From Utricularia gibba (taxonomy: Eukaryota; Plantae; Magnoliophyta), in contig CM007991.1 of the NCBI GenBank assembly GCA_002189035.1, positions 4,154,001 to 4,218,000 of the forward strand: a DNA stretch of 64,000 bases, written 5' to 3'. A program made the translations under genes and the position numbers. The notes below the pieces were generated by a model. That model was not told where the DNA came from and made no database searches. It saw only the letters and a list, made by a program, of their open reading frames with translations. Shown in pieces: positions 47,871 through 62,200 of the stretch; the stretch's first letter is position 1, and each line of letters starts with the position of its first letter.

Positions 47871-50854
47871 CATGGAAGAGAGATGTAGATTTTGTTGGCA
47901 TTTCCGTGTGTGTTGCCGTCTATGCATTTTAGTAATTTAATGATTAATTTAGTAATGATTTCGTATGTTGTAAAAAAGTTTTTAAATGTGTTTGATTCCA
48001 AATGTTTTAAATTAACTAGACACAAATTGGAACAAAAAATAAGGCTTGAAGGCTGAAATTGGAATGATGTACGTGGGCTTGATTATGTCGTCGACCCCCT
48101 TCCCTCTTAAAAATTTGGTTGTATGTCGTAGTAGATGGGCTCATTTTAGAGTTGCCACCGATTTCTGTTCGGAACCCAATAGTTTTTTAGAACAATCACT
48201 TCATAAACTGCAATTCATTATTTTGCAATCTTAAATTGAACCAGAAATGTTGAACTAAATCGAAATCGTATAATTTTTTAGATATTAATTTTCAAACATT
48301 CACATGAGTTGTTATGAATACCTGCAAAACATGTTGTTCTTTTACAATATTTTTTAAATTTTTATAATGATTGTTAAAAATATCTAAAGATAATTCTAAA
48401 AATAGAAAATGTTTTCTGAGACTATTTATAAACAAAATCAATGGTTCATTGGTTTTGAACCATCAGATTCCACACATATCGAAACAATAATTTTTCGATT
48501 CCAAATATTCCGAACTGAAATTATACGATTTTGGTATGGATACTCACATTTTCAAATCGAACCGAATCAGAACTACGGTTTCAGTTCAAACTGATTATAA
48601 ATCTAGTTCATTTCAAAATATGGGCATTTGTACAATTTTTCATACATTCAATTAAAATTTTTACATTAATGCTAGTCACTTTTATTGTACACTTATGAGG
48701 AGATGTCCATTTTTCTAATACACATGCGTTCGATGTGCTTAATTCAAGCATATAGGTAAAATCTAATGTATTTACCATCTATCTAACAAAACGAGAGAAA
48801 AATCGTTACACCTAATCATACCCCTACATAAAACTACCAACCATATGAACATTTAGTCAAGGATACGTACTTTTAATATGTCTTTTTAGTAAAAGCTCCT
48901 CGACAAAGCTGGCATCACCTTCTTTGAGTTGAATTATTATTCTCTATTTGGAATTAAATGTTGATGCTGACAAAAATCTCATTTTTTAAAATTAATTGTG
49001 AACAGGTTCATGTTTTAGATTTGCGTTTGCATAGATTGAAAACAATAAATCTTGAAAATGAGAATCATTATAAAATTCATCAGAACTAGAATGTTCGAAA
49101 ATTACAAAATCAATATTTTAAGTTTCAATCATTATAAAGAGTCAAATATTAAAATTGAAAAAAATACACTTCAAATTATCAAAACTGTTCAATAAAGATT
49201 CATTCGGTTTTTTCGAATTTTTAGATCTCAAGTTGGGAGGTAAACTATTTACAAAAAAAATTAAGTTGAAGAATCCATAACGTAATTTTAAAACTTTAAA
49301 TTTAAATTATTCATTGATTGTAACTTGGAGTGTAAACGACAAATACCACACAACTAGAATGAATGTATGAATTTTTGATAGAATACTCCCTGCAGGGGAT
49401 GAATTTGGTATTTGGCAGAATAAACATATTTTTTAGAATTTTCCAGCATCAATTTTTGTATTCGTTTGTAATGGTTGTGCTTATGAAGAATGAAGTATTA
49501 CACACCCTTATTATTTTAATCAGTAATGCATTTGACTTGCTTGTGTATGCTACTATTAGGGCTCTATACAAAGGTGAACATTGGGTTTCGTTTTTGCAAT
49601 ACCTTTTTCTTTAAAAAAAATAATTGGATTCTTTTATTCTTTTTCTAAATATCTTGTCGTTTCCCTGTGCCAGTTACTGTTTGGTGCATTGAAGAATATG
49701 TGGATATGCTGGGAACATAACACGTTAATTAAGAGGGGCCATTATCCTTTTTTCTAAATTTATTTTTTAAAAAAATTATTAAAATTAGATGAGAAGGGGC
49801 CACAACATACTTTGACCCGTAACGCTGTTCCACCCCAATGAGAATAAATGCCATATCATTTTTTTTTTATTTCATTGGTTGTCATTCCCGTTTTTTCATT
49901 TTTTATATGTATAATTGAGTCTTTTTTTGAAAAAATTACTTCAAAATTGATTTAATAATTAGAATTGAAATATATTTAAAATATCTTTTTAAAAAATTAT
50001 TATTGTATTATAATAGAATTGATTAATATTGTTGACATCCATACACGTAATGCTTTTATATATGCAATTGAGTCACTGTAAGACTCTTATTTTATGAGTT
50101 ATTGAATTTATTAAATTGGGGAATTTATTAAAGTGTGTATGGTAGGGTATATAATGATAGAAATTTGAGATAATAGAAAATGAAATGTGTTGTTTAGTAT
50201 GCGGAGTAGAATTTGCAGGGTATTTTTAATAAAAATTAAATTCCATCCTATTTATAAATACTAATTGAATCAAATCACATCTCATTTTTTATTTGAAATT
50301 TATTAACCATCTGATTAACCTGCTATTTCCTTATTTCAAATATTATGATATATTTTCAATTAAATTAAGGAGCATATTTCATAATATATTACAAAACATT
50401 TTTTTATCATTTTATTGAAAAAAATATGGAATTGTACATTTTGACTTTTGGTCCGGACCGTTAAATGGCCTGAACCCCGTGACCGAGTGAGGGTTAAATT
50501 TGTCAATTCCTTTCATCGTAGCCGTCTGGTCGGCGTTCCATAAGAAACCCCACTACATACCTGTTCTTCAACGTTCCGTTTCCGATCCGGGCGCTGGTTC
50601 CTCCTCCACGGAGGCGAATGAACGAATTTCGCTCTCCTTCTCATCGAACCCCTAATCCATACCATTGATTTCGATTCCTTTAACCTATGTTTTGTTTATA
50701 ATTTTAGTGCTACAAGTTCCGTATTTTGCGCGGAAACCAAGGCAGCTTTTTTACCTACTTTTCGGTACTTGCTTCCCCGTTTTTTTTTTTTTTTTGTAGC
50801 TTTTTTACATGGTGCCAAGTGCGGGGGTGAGTTCTTGCAGAAATCATTTGATCA

Positions 50855-53800
50855 ATGGAGGCTGAAAACGTCAACGCCGTAGGGAATTCGAAACTGGCGT
50901 TGCCCATTGATTTAAACGAGATACCGAGGCCATCTCCTCGTGGGGGTGTGCATAATGCTGCTGGTAGGAGAGATGATGTTCCTATTTGCCCGGTTTGTCG
51001 ACAAGGGGTTTCGGTGGGAAGGGCGACGGAGGGGCAGACCGTGGAAGATAAGTGCTTCCGATGCCTCTTGAAGAATAATGAATCTGGTTGTGGCATCAGT
51101 AATTCGAGGGATGGAATTGGATTGGAGCGTCTTGATATAAACGCCCCACCTCCCTGTGACGTAGGGGAGGCTGATGACATCGTGGTAACTGGCTGGAATG
51201 GTGGCAAGTTCGTCCTCTTCTTTCTTTCATTCCTTTTTTTTTTTTAATTCTGATGCGATGAATTCATAGGTTACTGCAAATAGATTATCTTTTTTTTTAT
51301 TGGACTCATCTCTGTTTCTTTTCTTTCTACTGTGGTTATTCCAAATTTCAGAGTACCAGCTTCTGTGAATTGTTCTTTGCAGCAACCTTCTCATGTCAAC
51401 TTCATATCACCTTTTAGAGAGTCTACTCATGGTGTTGGACTTAATTCTAGCTATCGCACTGTGTTAGAGTCAGCACCTGAAAGTCCAAGGTCACTGTATC
51501 TACAGACTCTTAAAGAATTAATAGCTGAAAGATCAGGTCTCATTATAGAAGGCTGGCGTGTGGAATTTGATTTCTGTGATAAAAGTTACAAAACCAGTGC
51601 TGTTTATATTGCACCTGATGGGACTAGGTGCAAATCCACGGAAGAAGTCGCCCGACACTTGGGGTTGCCATCCCAGTCTGATTCTTTTGATCCTGAAGAT
51701 GGAAGCAAGCAATTTGCTCCCATACAAAGCAGGACAAAATCTGACCCTCAAAATAAGGAACCAGCAGCTTCTCTATCAGCCTTAAACTACAGGCAAAGAC
51801 ATGCATCCATCAGCGGCAGCTTCCAGGTTCTCCTCCATCTATTAATTTTTTTTTTTTCCGTGAAGGTGGAAGCACCATAATTGCATCTGTTTTTTTTTTC
51901 TTTTTTTCAAACATCTAAAGATCCATTAAATGGTTCCCGTCCTGTTTCCTAGCTGAACTACAGTTTCGACCAGGATGCTTATCTTCTATGCTTTATCTAA
52001 TATTTTCTAGGAACTAATTCTCAAAACTTTCCAGGATGGATACCCTATTCAGTTCGAGGACTTCTGCATTATTTCAGTTGGCCACATAGACGCACGACCT
52101 TCATATCACAGTGCAAAACACATATGGCCTGTTGGTTACAGATGCAGCTGGCATGACAGGGTTACTGGATCTCTTTTTGTGTGTGATGTTGCTGATGGTG
52201 GTGACTCTGGTCCCCTTTTTAAGGTTCAGAGATACCCTTGTAGTGCACAGTCCTTACCTGTTGGCGAAACTATTCTGTTGAAGAAAGATATGCACTCTGA
52301 AAATGAACATGACCTGGATGCACGAGATAGTTCATCTGCATTTCAGATGCTTGAAGACAGTATGTCAACAGTAACCTTGCTAAATACAGATGATCCGCCA
52401 TGCCTAGATGATTTTATTTTTGATTCAAAGAAAGAATGTGAACTTGATAACCCTCAGGAGGACACTTGCTCAAATTCTGAATCGGGCGTATCACCCAAAA
52501 ATGGAAATTTAAAAGGAGAAGCTGTGGTGCTTAGTGATATCATTGGAGAGTTTCAGGTTGAGGGCCGGTCAATATCATCTGTATGGGAAATGGTGTTGCA
52601 GAATATCCTGCATTCTTGTCGAGAAAAGTTTAAACAAGGGGGTACTTTTAAGCTTTTTTGTAGCCATGACATTAATCGATCAAACACAGAATCCTCAGAT
52701 AGTAGTGATTCCTTATCAATTCTTGGATGTCCAGCTGAATTCATGAATCCTCCAGTTGTTGCTCAGAGCGAAAATGACCTTAATAAGGCATCTCGGATGC
52801 TGTCGAAGTGGCTCAAACAGGACAGATTTGGACTAGACTTGGATTTTGTTAAAGAAATTATTGAACAACTTCCTGGAGGTAGTAGTTGTTCCGGGTATAA
52901 GTATCTGAGGGAAAGAGTTCTATCGGATACTCAGACGGTGAAGAGTGGATTTTTTTACATTGAAAGAAAGATGCACAGGGCCCCTTGGAGCTCTAAAGCA
53001 TATCACCTAAAATGGGGTGACACAGGTTACACTTTTGAGCGGGATCCTTGTCCTCTTGGGAAGCCACTGAAATCAAGGCTTCCAGCATACCTGATGGGTG
53101 ACGCTTTGCAGGTATCTTCAAACTTTTCCTTGAGTGTTATGTATTTTGCGAGCTTACTTTAATCCATACTACGTTATCAGGTTTGGGAGCTCATGTGGCG
53201 TTTTTCAGAGGATATTGGGCTTGCAAAGCCTTTCTCCTTTGAGGAACTTGAATCAGAAATTTTAAATCCGTGGTTTGATCATTTCTCTCTTACACATGGA
53301 GCCACAGATTTTGGAAATGTTAGGCCCTCTGGTGCCGTTTCTCATTGTGGGCCTACCGTTCCTGATAGACGTTCAGGCCTACTGTTAACTGATGTCTTTC
53401 AGTCGCTGCTGAAGCTTCTTGTTAGAGAGCTGTTGTCGAAAGCTGCAGTGTATGTTTGTCATAACTGTGATGCAGTAGAATCCAAAGCAAGACGAGGAAA
53501 AAAAAGGGACTTGGATTCCTTGGCAGCATTAAAAAAAAGAAATCTGGAGATTCTTTCTGTTAATGAAATTACATGGCATGAAATTGCCAGGAGGTACATT
53601 TTGGCTGTATTGGCCATGGAGTGTAATCTTGATTCCGTAGAGATTATACAACGTGAAAGTGGAAAAGTTTTTCATTGTCTTCAAGGTGATGGTGGGTTAC
53701 TTTGTGGATCTCTTACAGGTATAGATGCGCTGGAGGTTGACGCATTGGTGAGCTTTATTATCTTGTCTGCTTTGTAGTTTTAGCATAATGTCATTGCAGT

Positions 53801-56800
53801 TCAAAGAGGCATATTGGCGATGTGGTACTGAAACTAGGACAAAATTAAAGGTGCAGCATTCCAGTTTTATTGTGGATTTAAATAACTTAATGGAAAAAGG
53901 AAATTTTAGTATTTTCTTTAAATTCATACATGCATCATTTTCTTCCGTAGACAGGTTGCCACCTGAGATATTTTTTCTAATGCAGGTTTTCTTGCACATT
54001 AATATCTTTTATTTGCAGGTGCTTGCAGATGCTATGAAGGAGATATACGGTTCTTTGAAGGGTGAAAACGAGATTGTTACTGTATATGAGAGAAACACTG
54101 TATTGTGTGATGGGCAAATGCTCGAGGTTAATGACAGCACGACTAATGGCAATACCTTCCCTGAGTGGGCTCAAGTTCTTGAACCTGTAAGGAAGCTCCC
54201 TACAAATGTAGGAGCGCGGATAAGAAGATGTGTTAATGAAGCACTGGAGAAAAATCCTCCAGAATGGGCTAAAAGCATATTAGAGCACTCTATCAGTAAG
54301 GAAGTTTACAAGGGTAATGCATCGGGGCCAACTAAGGTTTGATGCTTTGTCTAACTTAAGATGTACACATTTCAAATTTTTTCACATAATGTCCAGATGG
54401 TGTATTGAATTTGACATGGATGTTAACTATTTGTTGTGGTTGAACACAGAGAGCTGTTATCTCCGTGCTTGCAAAGCTCAACAGCGATGGACCCCAAGAA
54501 AAGACTGAGAAAAAGGAAAAAGTGAAAGTCAAAACCAACCTAATCGACCTTCTCACAAAACAATGTCGTATTGTGCTCAGAAATGCAGTTTCATCTGATA
54601 AAGATAGGGTTTTCTGTAATCTCTTGGCTAGAGTAGTGTTGAATTCTAGTGATAACGATGATGAAGGAATTCTTGGCCATGCTGCTATGGTGTCCCGTCC
54701 TTTGGACTTCAGGACTATTGACACCAGATTGGATGCTGGGGTCTATGGCCGATCTCATGAAGCTTTTGCCGATGATGTTCGGGAGGTAGAATATATATTG
54801 TTCTAAAACTTCTAGTGTGATAGCAAGTGTTACCCTTATTTAGGGTGGGCTGGAGGGGGGGGGGGTCTGCATAATCTATCTTGTGAGAAGCTGTATACTA
54901 ATTGTTTGGATGTTTAAACTGTTATTTATTTTTGTGTCTTTTAATTGTGATCATGCCTTCATGGACTGCTGTAGACATTGATATCCTATTTTTGACTCTT
55001 GGTGTATCTGTAGGTGTGGCGCAGCATACTCATTTCATATGGTGATCGTGCTGATTTAGTGGACCTGGCAATGGGGTTGTCCAAGAAGTTCGAAGATTTA
55101 TATGAGAAAGAGGTTAATTAGCGTTCCTTACCCCCGTGCACTTCAATTGGGATTTTTCTGTATGAATTTAAAATCTTATTGCTGCTTACAAGGTATTTTG
55201 TAGTTAAGCTGTCTTCTGTAATTGCCTAATTTTTTTCATCTCAGGTTTTACCCCTTGTCAGTAAAGTTGCTGAAGCTTTGAATGTTGGTGAGCCAAATGA
55301 AAGTGCTGTAAAAGAGAGGGATGATTTACTCTTTCGTGTATTCACCGGCTCGCTTCCTAAAGCTCCTTGGGAAGAAGGAATCTGTAAAGTATGCGGCATG
55401 GACAGGGATGATGACAATGTTCTCCTTTGTGATAAATGTGACTCAGAGTATCATCGATATTGTTTGAATCCTCCACTTCAAAAAATTCCTGATGGGAATT
55501 GGTACTGCCCATCTTGTGTTGCGGGTGTTTCTTCTAGAGCAATGTACAGCTCTTCTGCAGCTCAGTGTAGAAAACGAAGAAATCATGGGGAATACTCTAG
55601 TCAGTTTTTAGAGGATTTGTCTCGTTTTGCAAAAATGCTGGAGATTAAAGAATGTTGGGAGTTCACAATTGAGGAGGTCTCTTCTTAAACCTTTGTTCTT
55701 TGCTTCAACATTTGTTTATCAGCAAGTTGTCCATTTTGATTATTATCAGTACGTTACTAGGTTTTTCTTCCTTGGGGCACATTTCCTGACATGTCTCTCT
55801 TGTTGCAGAGGATGTTCTTACTGAAATTTTTGTCTGATGAGGCACTCTATTCCGCCTTCATTCATGACCACATATCTCAATGTGCCACCCAAGTTGCTGA
55901 TTTGCAACATAAGCTGCGTTCACTAACATCTGAATTAAAGCTTCTGAAATTCAAGGAAGAGCAGTTAAATTTGAGCGTAGAAAAAGCAAGATCAGGTGTA
56001 GTTAATGAGCTGGGGTATCCAAATGCCAATGAATCTGTATCCCCTCTCAAGCGAGAAGATTTTTCCAAGGGAAAACAAACTCGTGATGCCCCAAATCTTC
56101 CGAGTGTTGCAGATTCTGCACAATGTGAACAGCTTCTGGAGGATCAGACTAATGAATCTCTTGGACACCATCGTCTTGAACAAGGTGATGCATTGTCTTC
56201 AGAAGATGGTTCTGTCAAGAAGGATACATCTTCTTTGCAGGATTCAGTCACGTCTATAGAATTGGAACTTGCCAAGATGTCCGTTCGGAAGGATTTCTTG
56301 GGTCGAGATTCGAATGGGAGGGCTTACTGGAGCTTTTCCAGACCCGGTACTCGTCCATGTATAATGGCCTGTGGGGTTTTAAAAACCATGGATAGATCTC
56401 CAGAGGAGTTTATTGGGATTCCTGATTCTGAACAGTGGATGTCTTATGACTCTGACACTGATATTGAGAGGCTAGTCAAATGGCTTGGGGAGAATAATGG
56501 GAGGGAGAATGAACTGCGAGACGCCATCTTACAGTTCCAGGCATCTAACAAACTAAATAATTTGGAAAGTGTGCAAGCCCACACGTTCAGCAGAAAAGAG
56601 TCGCAGCAAAACTTTGTCTCGCCTGATCTTTTGGCCACAAAAGCAATGGGTGTTTTGGAGAGTAGACATGGTTCTTTCTGCAGGAGCCGGGCTGCAATTT
56701 CTCAGCATGATACATCTACCCCGGAATGCACAGATGCGAGTGCCTCCAGTTGATATGGGCGACGAAAAATCATTGCCCCTCTTGTCACCAAAGTTTTCCC

Positions 56801-57965
56801 ACTATAGAAGAGCTGAAACTGCATTCAGCTGAGAAGTGTAAAGCAGAAAGATCTGTTGTTACGAGATGCTCGGAGGCTGAAGATTTCTCTAGGAGCAAGA
56901 AGCCAAGACTTGCTGCAGATGAAAAACTAAATTTGAATGCAGGCCTTCCTCAAACATTAGTGGACAGCATGGAAGCGAATGATGGTTGTCCATTTAATAT
57001 TCAGGAGATAATGGCCAGGTTTACTGTTCAAGGATCAGTCAAGGATGCTGTCAATGAAATTGGCCTCATCGGTAGTGAGGGCATCCCATCCTTTGTGCAT
57101 TGTGATTCTCCATATCTCAACGATCCCACACTATCAGTTGGACCACCAACGAACAACTCTTGGTCAAGTGAAATGACCATTGAATCTGGAAATCACCGTC
57201 AACGCTCAAGCTTTGAAGCTAGTTGTCCGGATACGGTGAAGGAAAATAAGGGATCAAGGGGCCTGTGTATACCAACTGAACGCTCTGCAGTTCAGGAAGG
57301 ATCTACAGTGGATGCATTGAAATCTATGCGTGATCAAGTGTCCTGCGGAAGGGACAAGGTTTCACAGCAGGGAGTTTTGAAAAACAGTATAATTCACAAA
57401 CATGCATCGAGACCACTGCATGGTAAAGCTGCAGACGTTCTGGGGTTTCTCAAGATGATCTTACTTGACATCGATGCTGCCCTGCTCGAAGATGCTTTAA
57501 GAACTTCAAGGTCAAGTCATGAAAAGAGATGTGCATGGCGTGCATTCGTCAGGTCCTCCCGATCCATTTATGAGGTCAGCGATGGCAATGTCTCTTGTTT
57601 CATTCCACATGTATATTCTGTGAAGATGCTCAAGAACAATATTTCTCTTGCAGATGGTGCAGGCATTGATCACACTTGAAGACGCGATCAAATCGGAATA
57701 CTTAAAAACTGACTGGTGGTATTGGTCATCCCCTTCCACAGCTGCCAGGATCAGCAATCTTTCTGCCTTGGCTACTCGCATTTACTCCCTTGATGCCGCC
57801 ATTTACTACGACAACCCTCCTAGCTTCCAAACCAGAGTCCCAGACGAGGAATCGCCTTCCACTGCAGACCATAAGAACTCGGCAAACCAGAGCAGTCCAA
57901 CAACCCATGAGGGTGATACGTCTGAAACCCCGAGAACGCGAAGTGGGAAGCGGAGGAGGGACTGA
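50855..57965 (+). CDS. MBD9: Methyl-CpG-binding domain protein 9-like (MBD, FYRN/FYRC, PHD, WHIM-type regions), ~1910 aa if one frameshift is corrected
   Basis: Exons 50855-51207, 51352-51826, 52035-53111, 53181-53747, 54019-54336, 54450-54785, 55014-55112, 55245-55676, 55809-57574 (frame break at ~56719), 57654-57965. Motifs: MBD-like EGWRVEF...YIAPDGTRCKSTEEVARHLGL, FYRN IWPVGYRCSWHDRVTGS, PHD CKVCGMDRDDDNVLLCDKCDSEYHRYCLNPP, RKDFLGRDSNGRAYW. Confidence 0.9.
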
Positions 57966-59279
57966 AGAAACCACATCTGCCCTCCGGTTTCTCTTCATGA
58001 CAGTAACACTTTTGCAAATGACAAGTTCTCTTCATTACATCAGCCAGCGGGCGGTGTCTGTAACATCTGATTCTTGTGAAGCAAAATGTTGTTTTGGATG
58101 GATGAAGTGGTGGCATCTACTACAGATTCTCGGGATGACACAACAAGCACCTCAACAAGTTTACTCAGAATGCAGCCCAAAAGGAAGCCGTAACTCAAGA
58201 TGTTGCTCCTTGTGGAGGTAGTCAGGAAGCCTAGAGACTTGTATAAATCAGTGGATGGGATATAAACCCCCCGCCCTTGTAACTTTTCTTTAGGTTGAAT
58301 CTTAAGCTCTTTTCCTGCAATTTTCTCCCTCCTTTCGCCTCCATTTCTTTCATGAGTTCTTTCTCGTTCTGATCCTCTGAGTTTGCAGAACTGTGATTGC
58401 ATTTATATTATTCGATTTAATCATATATTTGTATTGAAATATTTTTATATCAATTTGAATCAATTTCACTCATTTTTAATTATTTTAAATATTTAAAAAA
58501 TATTTTTTTTGGATTTAGCTGTTTTTTTATTTTATCAGAGAGAAAATCATAAAAATAACATATAAAATTTAGATTTTAATCTTTAAGTTTTAAAATTATA
58601 AAAAAAATAAAAAAATTATCAAAATCATGTAATGAATACACACAGTTTTCAAAATTTTTAAAAAGTGAACTCATTTATGATGTCATGTATTGGATATAAT
58701 GTAAAACCTAACCAAATTTCATGTTAGTATTTTATGTATTTATATTTGGAGTTTGGAAAATCGAATAATACTTTTATTAGTATTATATTATGTTCGAGTC
58801 TCGTATGATTCAAAATATTATAATTATATTGTGTTCGCATTTGATGCACTGTTATGATGTCATTAGAATCAAAATCGATTAATTTGATAACATTAAGAAT
58901 TAAATATGTTATTTCTTAAATTCTAAAGTAAATTATTTATAAAAAAAAATTGAATATCCTATGATATAATTTTCAAAATTGTGATTTTAACTATTTATAT
59001 TCATTGTAACTTATAGTGTTCCTGACAAATCACCCTTTAGTCAGATCTAATTTCGAAATTGAACCTAAATTGCCGTAAAAATCCAATATTTATCGTGTTG
59101 ATAAAATTAATTCTTACTTAATAAAATTAAAAAAATTGTGTGAAAATTGGGGGCAATTACCCATCAGGGTACCACTGTTGCTGGGCGGCATGGGGAGAAG
59201 AACGGGGGAGCTGCGAACAACGGCGGAGTGATACCCATAGGCGCATGCGCCGTGTTCCCTAGCTAACCCCAACAAATGC

Positions 59280-62200
59280 ATGGCTGAGGGAGCGGAGAAC
59301 AAGAGGAAACGGGGAATCGATCTTCACTGGGACAGTCTATTGGATTCCGGCGCAAGCGACGAGGAACCTTTGCCTGTTGTGGTGATTCGAAAGGGTTTAC
59401 AACAGCCTATGCAAGTGGAGACTCCCATGGTTGACTTGGACCAATCGGATAAGGATTTGAGATGTTTAGCTGATAAGGAACTGGAAGAAAAGATTGGTAA
59501 GTTGAAAACCACTATGATTCCAGCGTTATCTTCTAGATTGCCCGACGGAGGTGAGAAATTGCGAGCTCAGTTGAAGGCACATGAAGATGAGTTGGTTCGG
59601 AGGAAGCTTCAAAAGGTTGGTACTTGGAAATTTTTGTCTTTGTCTGGTATTTGTTTTTATTTGTTTGGTTTCTAGAGCCAATAGAAGTTTGCATGATTAC
59701 TTGATTCTTGTGTATCATTGACTCAATCGGCAAGGGAAATTGCTGTGTTCCTTCAACCAGTGATGATATTTTTCTTTATTCCTACTTTTTTTGCAGGGTG
59801 ATGCCAAGATCAATGATATTTCGTTAGTTGATTTGCCGACTCATGGTAATGCTACGCCCAGTAAATTTGAATTGTTTCCAGTAACGTTGATATATATGGT
59901 CCAACCTCTTTGAGAGTTTCTCTTCTGTTGGCTCATGTACTTTACAAAAGTATGATAATTTTCTTGTTGAAGAATAATGTGTTCGTCAATAGCATTTTTT
60001 TAGACCATGTGACATGTTTTTAGAAAGTATTTTGATGATTTCCTAGAAAATGTTAGCTCCATTAAAATGCTTCCACAAAAGCTTTGGCTTGCGTTATATA
60101 GTAGGTGAATTGGGTACAACATAATGATCATTAGCGATTTAGGAAGATGGCCCAAATCATAGGATTGGAGAAGTGAAGAAGCTGTTATTGCATTCTGCAG
60201 ATGCAAATGATGACTCTCCTATTGAAGCCTCCCATCTTGAACCTGCTTCAAAATCTGCATTTGCTCAACGTTTATGCAGCAAATTAGATGAAAATGTAAA
60301 TATTTTTTTCTTTTTTGGTCGTGTTGGTAGATCTAGGGGTAGCAACTCGTTGATAACTTTATCTTTTTTCTTTCTTCTAAGGAAACTAAGTCTTTCGCTG
60401 GAGAACTATCTACTCTAAATCATGGTCAGACTATCAGCTTATCTTCGCAAGCGCATTTTAAGAGTCCATGGAATGTTTCAGAAGATAGACATGTCTCCTG
60501 TCAATCCAATTCGAAGCTAACATCAACCCACCGTTCCACATCACGTACAGATCTTTTTCATAAAGATGTTCTGGACCATTTTCGGAAAAGGTTAACTCTA
60601 TTGCACAGACTCTTTCCCTATTATCTGGTTTACCTAGTTTAAAATATTTATTTGGTAAAGGATTTTTAGGGGGAACAGAGACACCTAAACATGTCACCAG
60701 AGGATCAAGTATTAAATGATCCTGTGGCCCAACGACAGACACTAACTTTTCTTGTTTCAATTGAATGATCCTTTAAAATATAAATATTAGTGTTATTTTG
60801 TTTAAACATTTCATATTGGCACTCGTAGGGATGATACTCCTCAGTCTGGATGTTCACGGAGGGCTAAAGGGAAGAATGTAAGTTCACTATGTTCTAGTTG
60901 AAATCAGAGCCTTTTTATTTTCTCTTTTAGGTTTCTTGATTCTTTTTCAATTATATAGTATAATTTGTCAGAGATGAAACTGAGGTCAGCTTTTTTGCAG
61001 AATTCTGTTGTTTTGGTAGATGAGGAGGAACATGATTTTGATATCGCTTGGGAAGGTGGTCATAGGTATCCAGCTGCTGTCCAACTCTTTTTGTTGTTAG
61101 GCGTAGGTTCAAGCATAACTATCATATTGAGTTTCGATATACTAACTTCTCATTATCATTTCAGCGGCAAAGCCTCCAGAATATACTACCCGTCCAGGTA
61201 CTCCATTTTTCAGGATAGCATAAGTACTTCCTTCTGCTTCTATTCAGAACTTATGGATTTTGCTAGTTCACTAAAACAGAGATGATCCAGAAGCTATTGA
61301 AATTCAATTTTCGGAACTAGAAACATTGGCTCCGGAGCAATATTTGTCTTCAACAATCATGAATTTCTACATTGGGTATGCCATTTATCATGTTTAAATT
61401 CATCTACACATATTCTTTTTTTCTGATCATGGCTCAGCTAAACTTCAAAATACTTGGGCGTTTCTTGGAAATTAATGAATATTGTTTTGTTTGCTAGTCG
61501 CTGGCTTTTTGTTAAGAATTTTGCTCTTTTATAGTTCTTAATGCAAAAACTTGGTTTCTTGTTAATGTGGCTATTATCTGACCTGTGTTTAGGTACTTAC
61601 AGAAAAAGGCATCTACAGAAGCAAAAACTTTATGTGATTATCACTTCTTCAATACATACTTCTATGAGAAGTTGAAACGGGATGTCTTGAACAAGGTATG
61701 TATTTCATGTTATAAGAAACTGTGTAGCCTTTCCTCTGCTTCAACACCTCATTCCTGTTGTTGGAAGATCGAAACTTTAAATTATTTTAAATCCTAAATT
61801 GTTCTGTGGTGCAAGTTTATTTGAGAAGACCATGCTTTCACAGTACCATGCACTTAGTTGTATATGGAATTAGGTGCTGAACTTGGTAACTGCTTTTTTT
61901 TTTCTGAATCTCATGCGATGACTGGAAAGTGTACAGATTTCTTGGAGTCAGGAAGTTGATTGAAGTTCATATTTCCTTGTTTAAGTGAAAAGGCTAGCTG
62001 TAGTTGAGTTCCATATCGTAATATTTTTTTCATTGTGCAGGCTGATAGGAAGGCCTCATTTGAGAAGTTTAGAAGGTGGTGGAAAGGCGTCAATCTATTT
62101 GAGAAGTCGTATATCTTTCTGCCAATCTGTGAAAGGTGAGTACGTTTTGGAAAAAATGTTTCAGTACCCGACTTTTGATGCCAACTGATGACTCATAGTG

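Noticed and set aside
47425-47901. 158-aa minus ORF ending in CCCC (prenylation-like)
   Set aside because: Antisense to the RSS3-like last exon; the Cys run is the reverse complement of the (CAG)n tract.
53788-54018. Open frame upstream of MBD9-like exon 5 within intron 4
   Set aside because: The intron (53748-54018, 271 nt) is not a multiple of 3 and has a stop at 53775-53777, so it is not an in-frame retention candidate.
58040-58402. Charged peptide-like frames on the minus strand downstream of MBD9-like
   Set aside because: No start, splice context or recognisable family; attributable to a pyrimidine-rich 3' flank.
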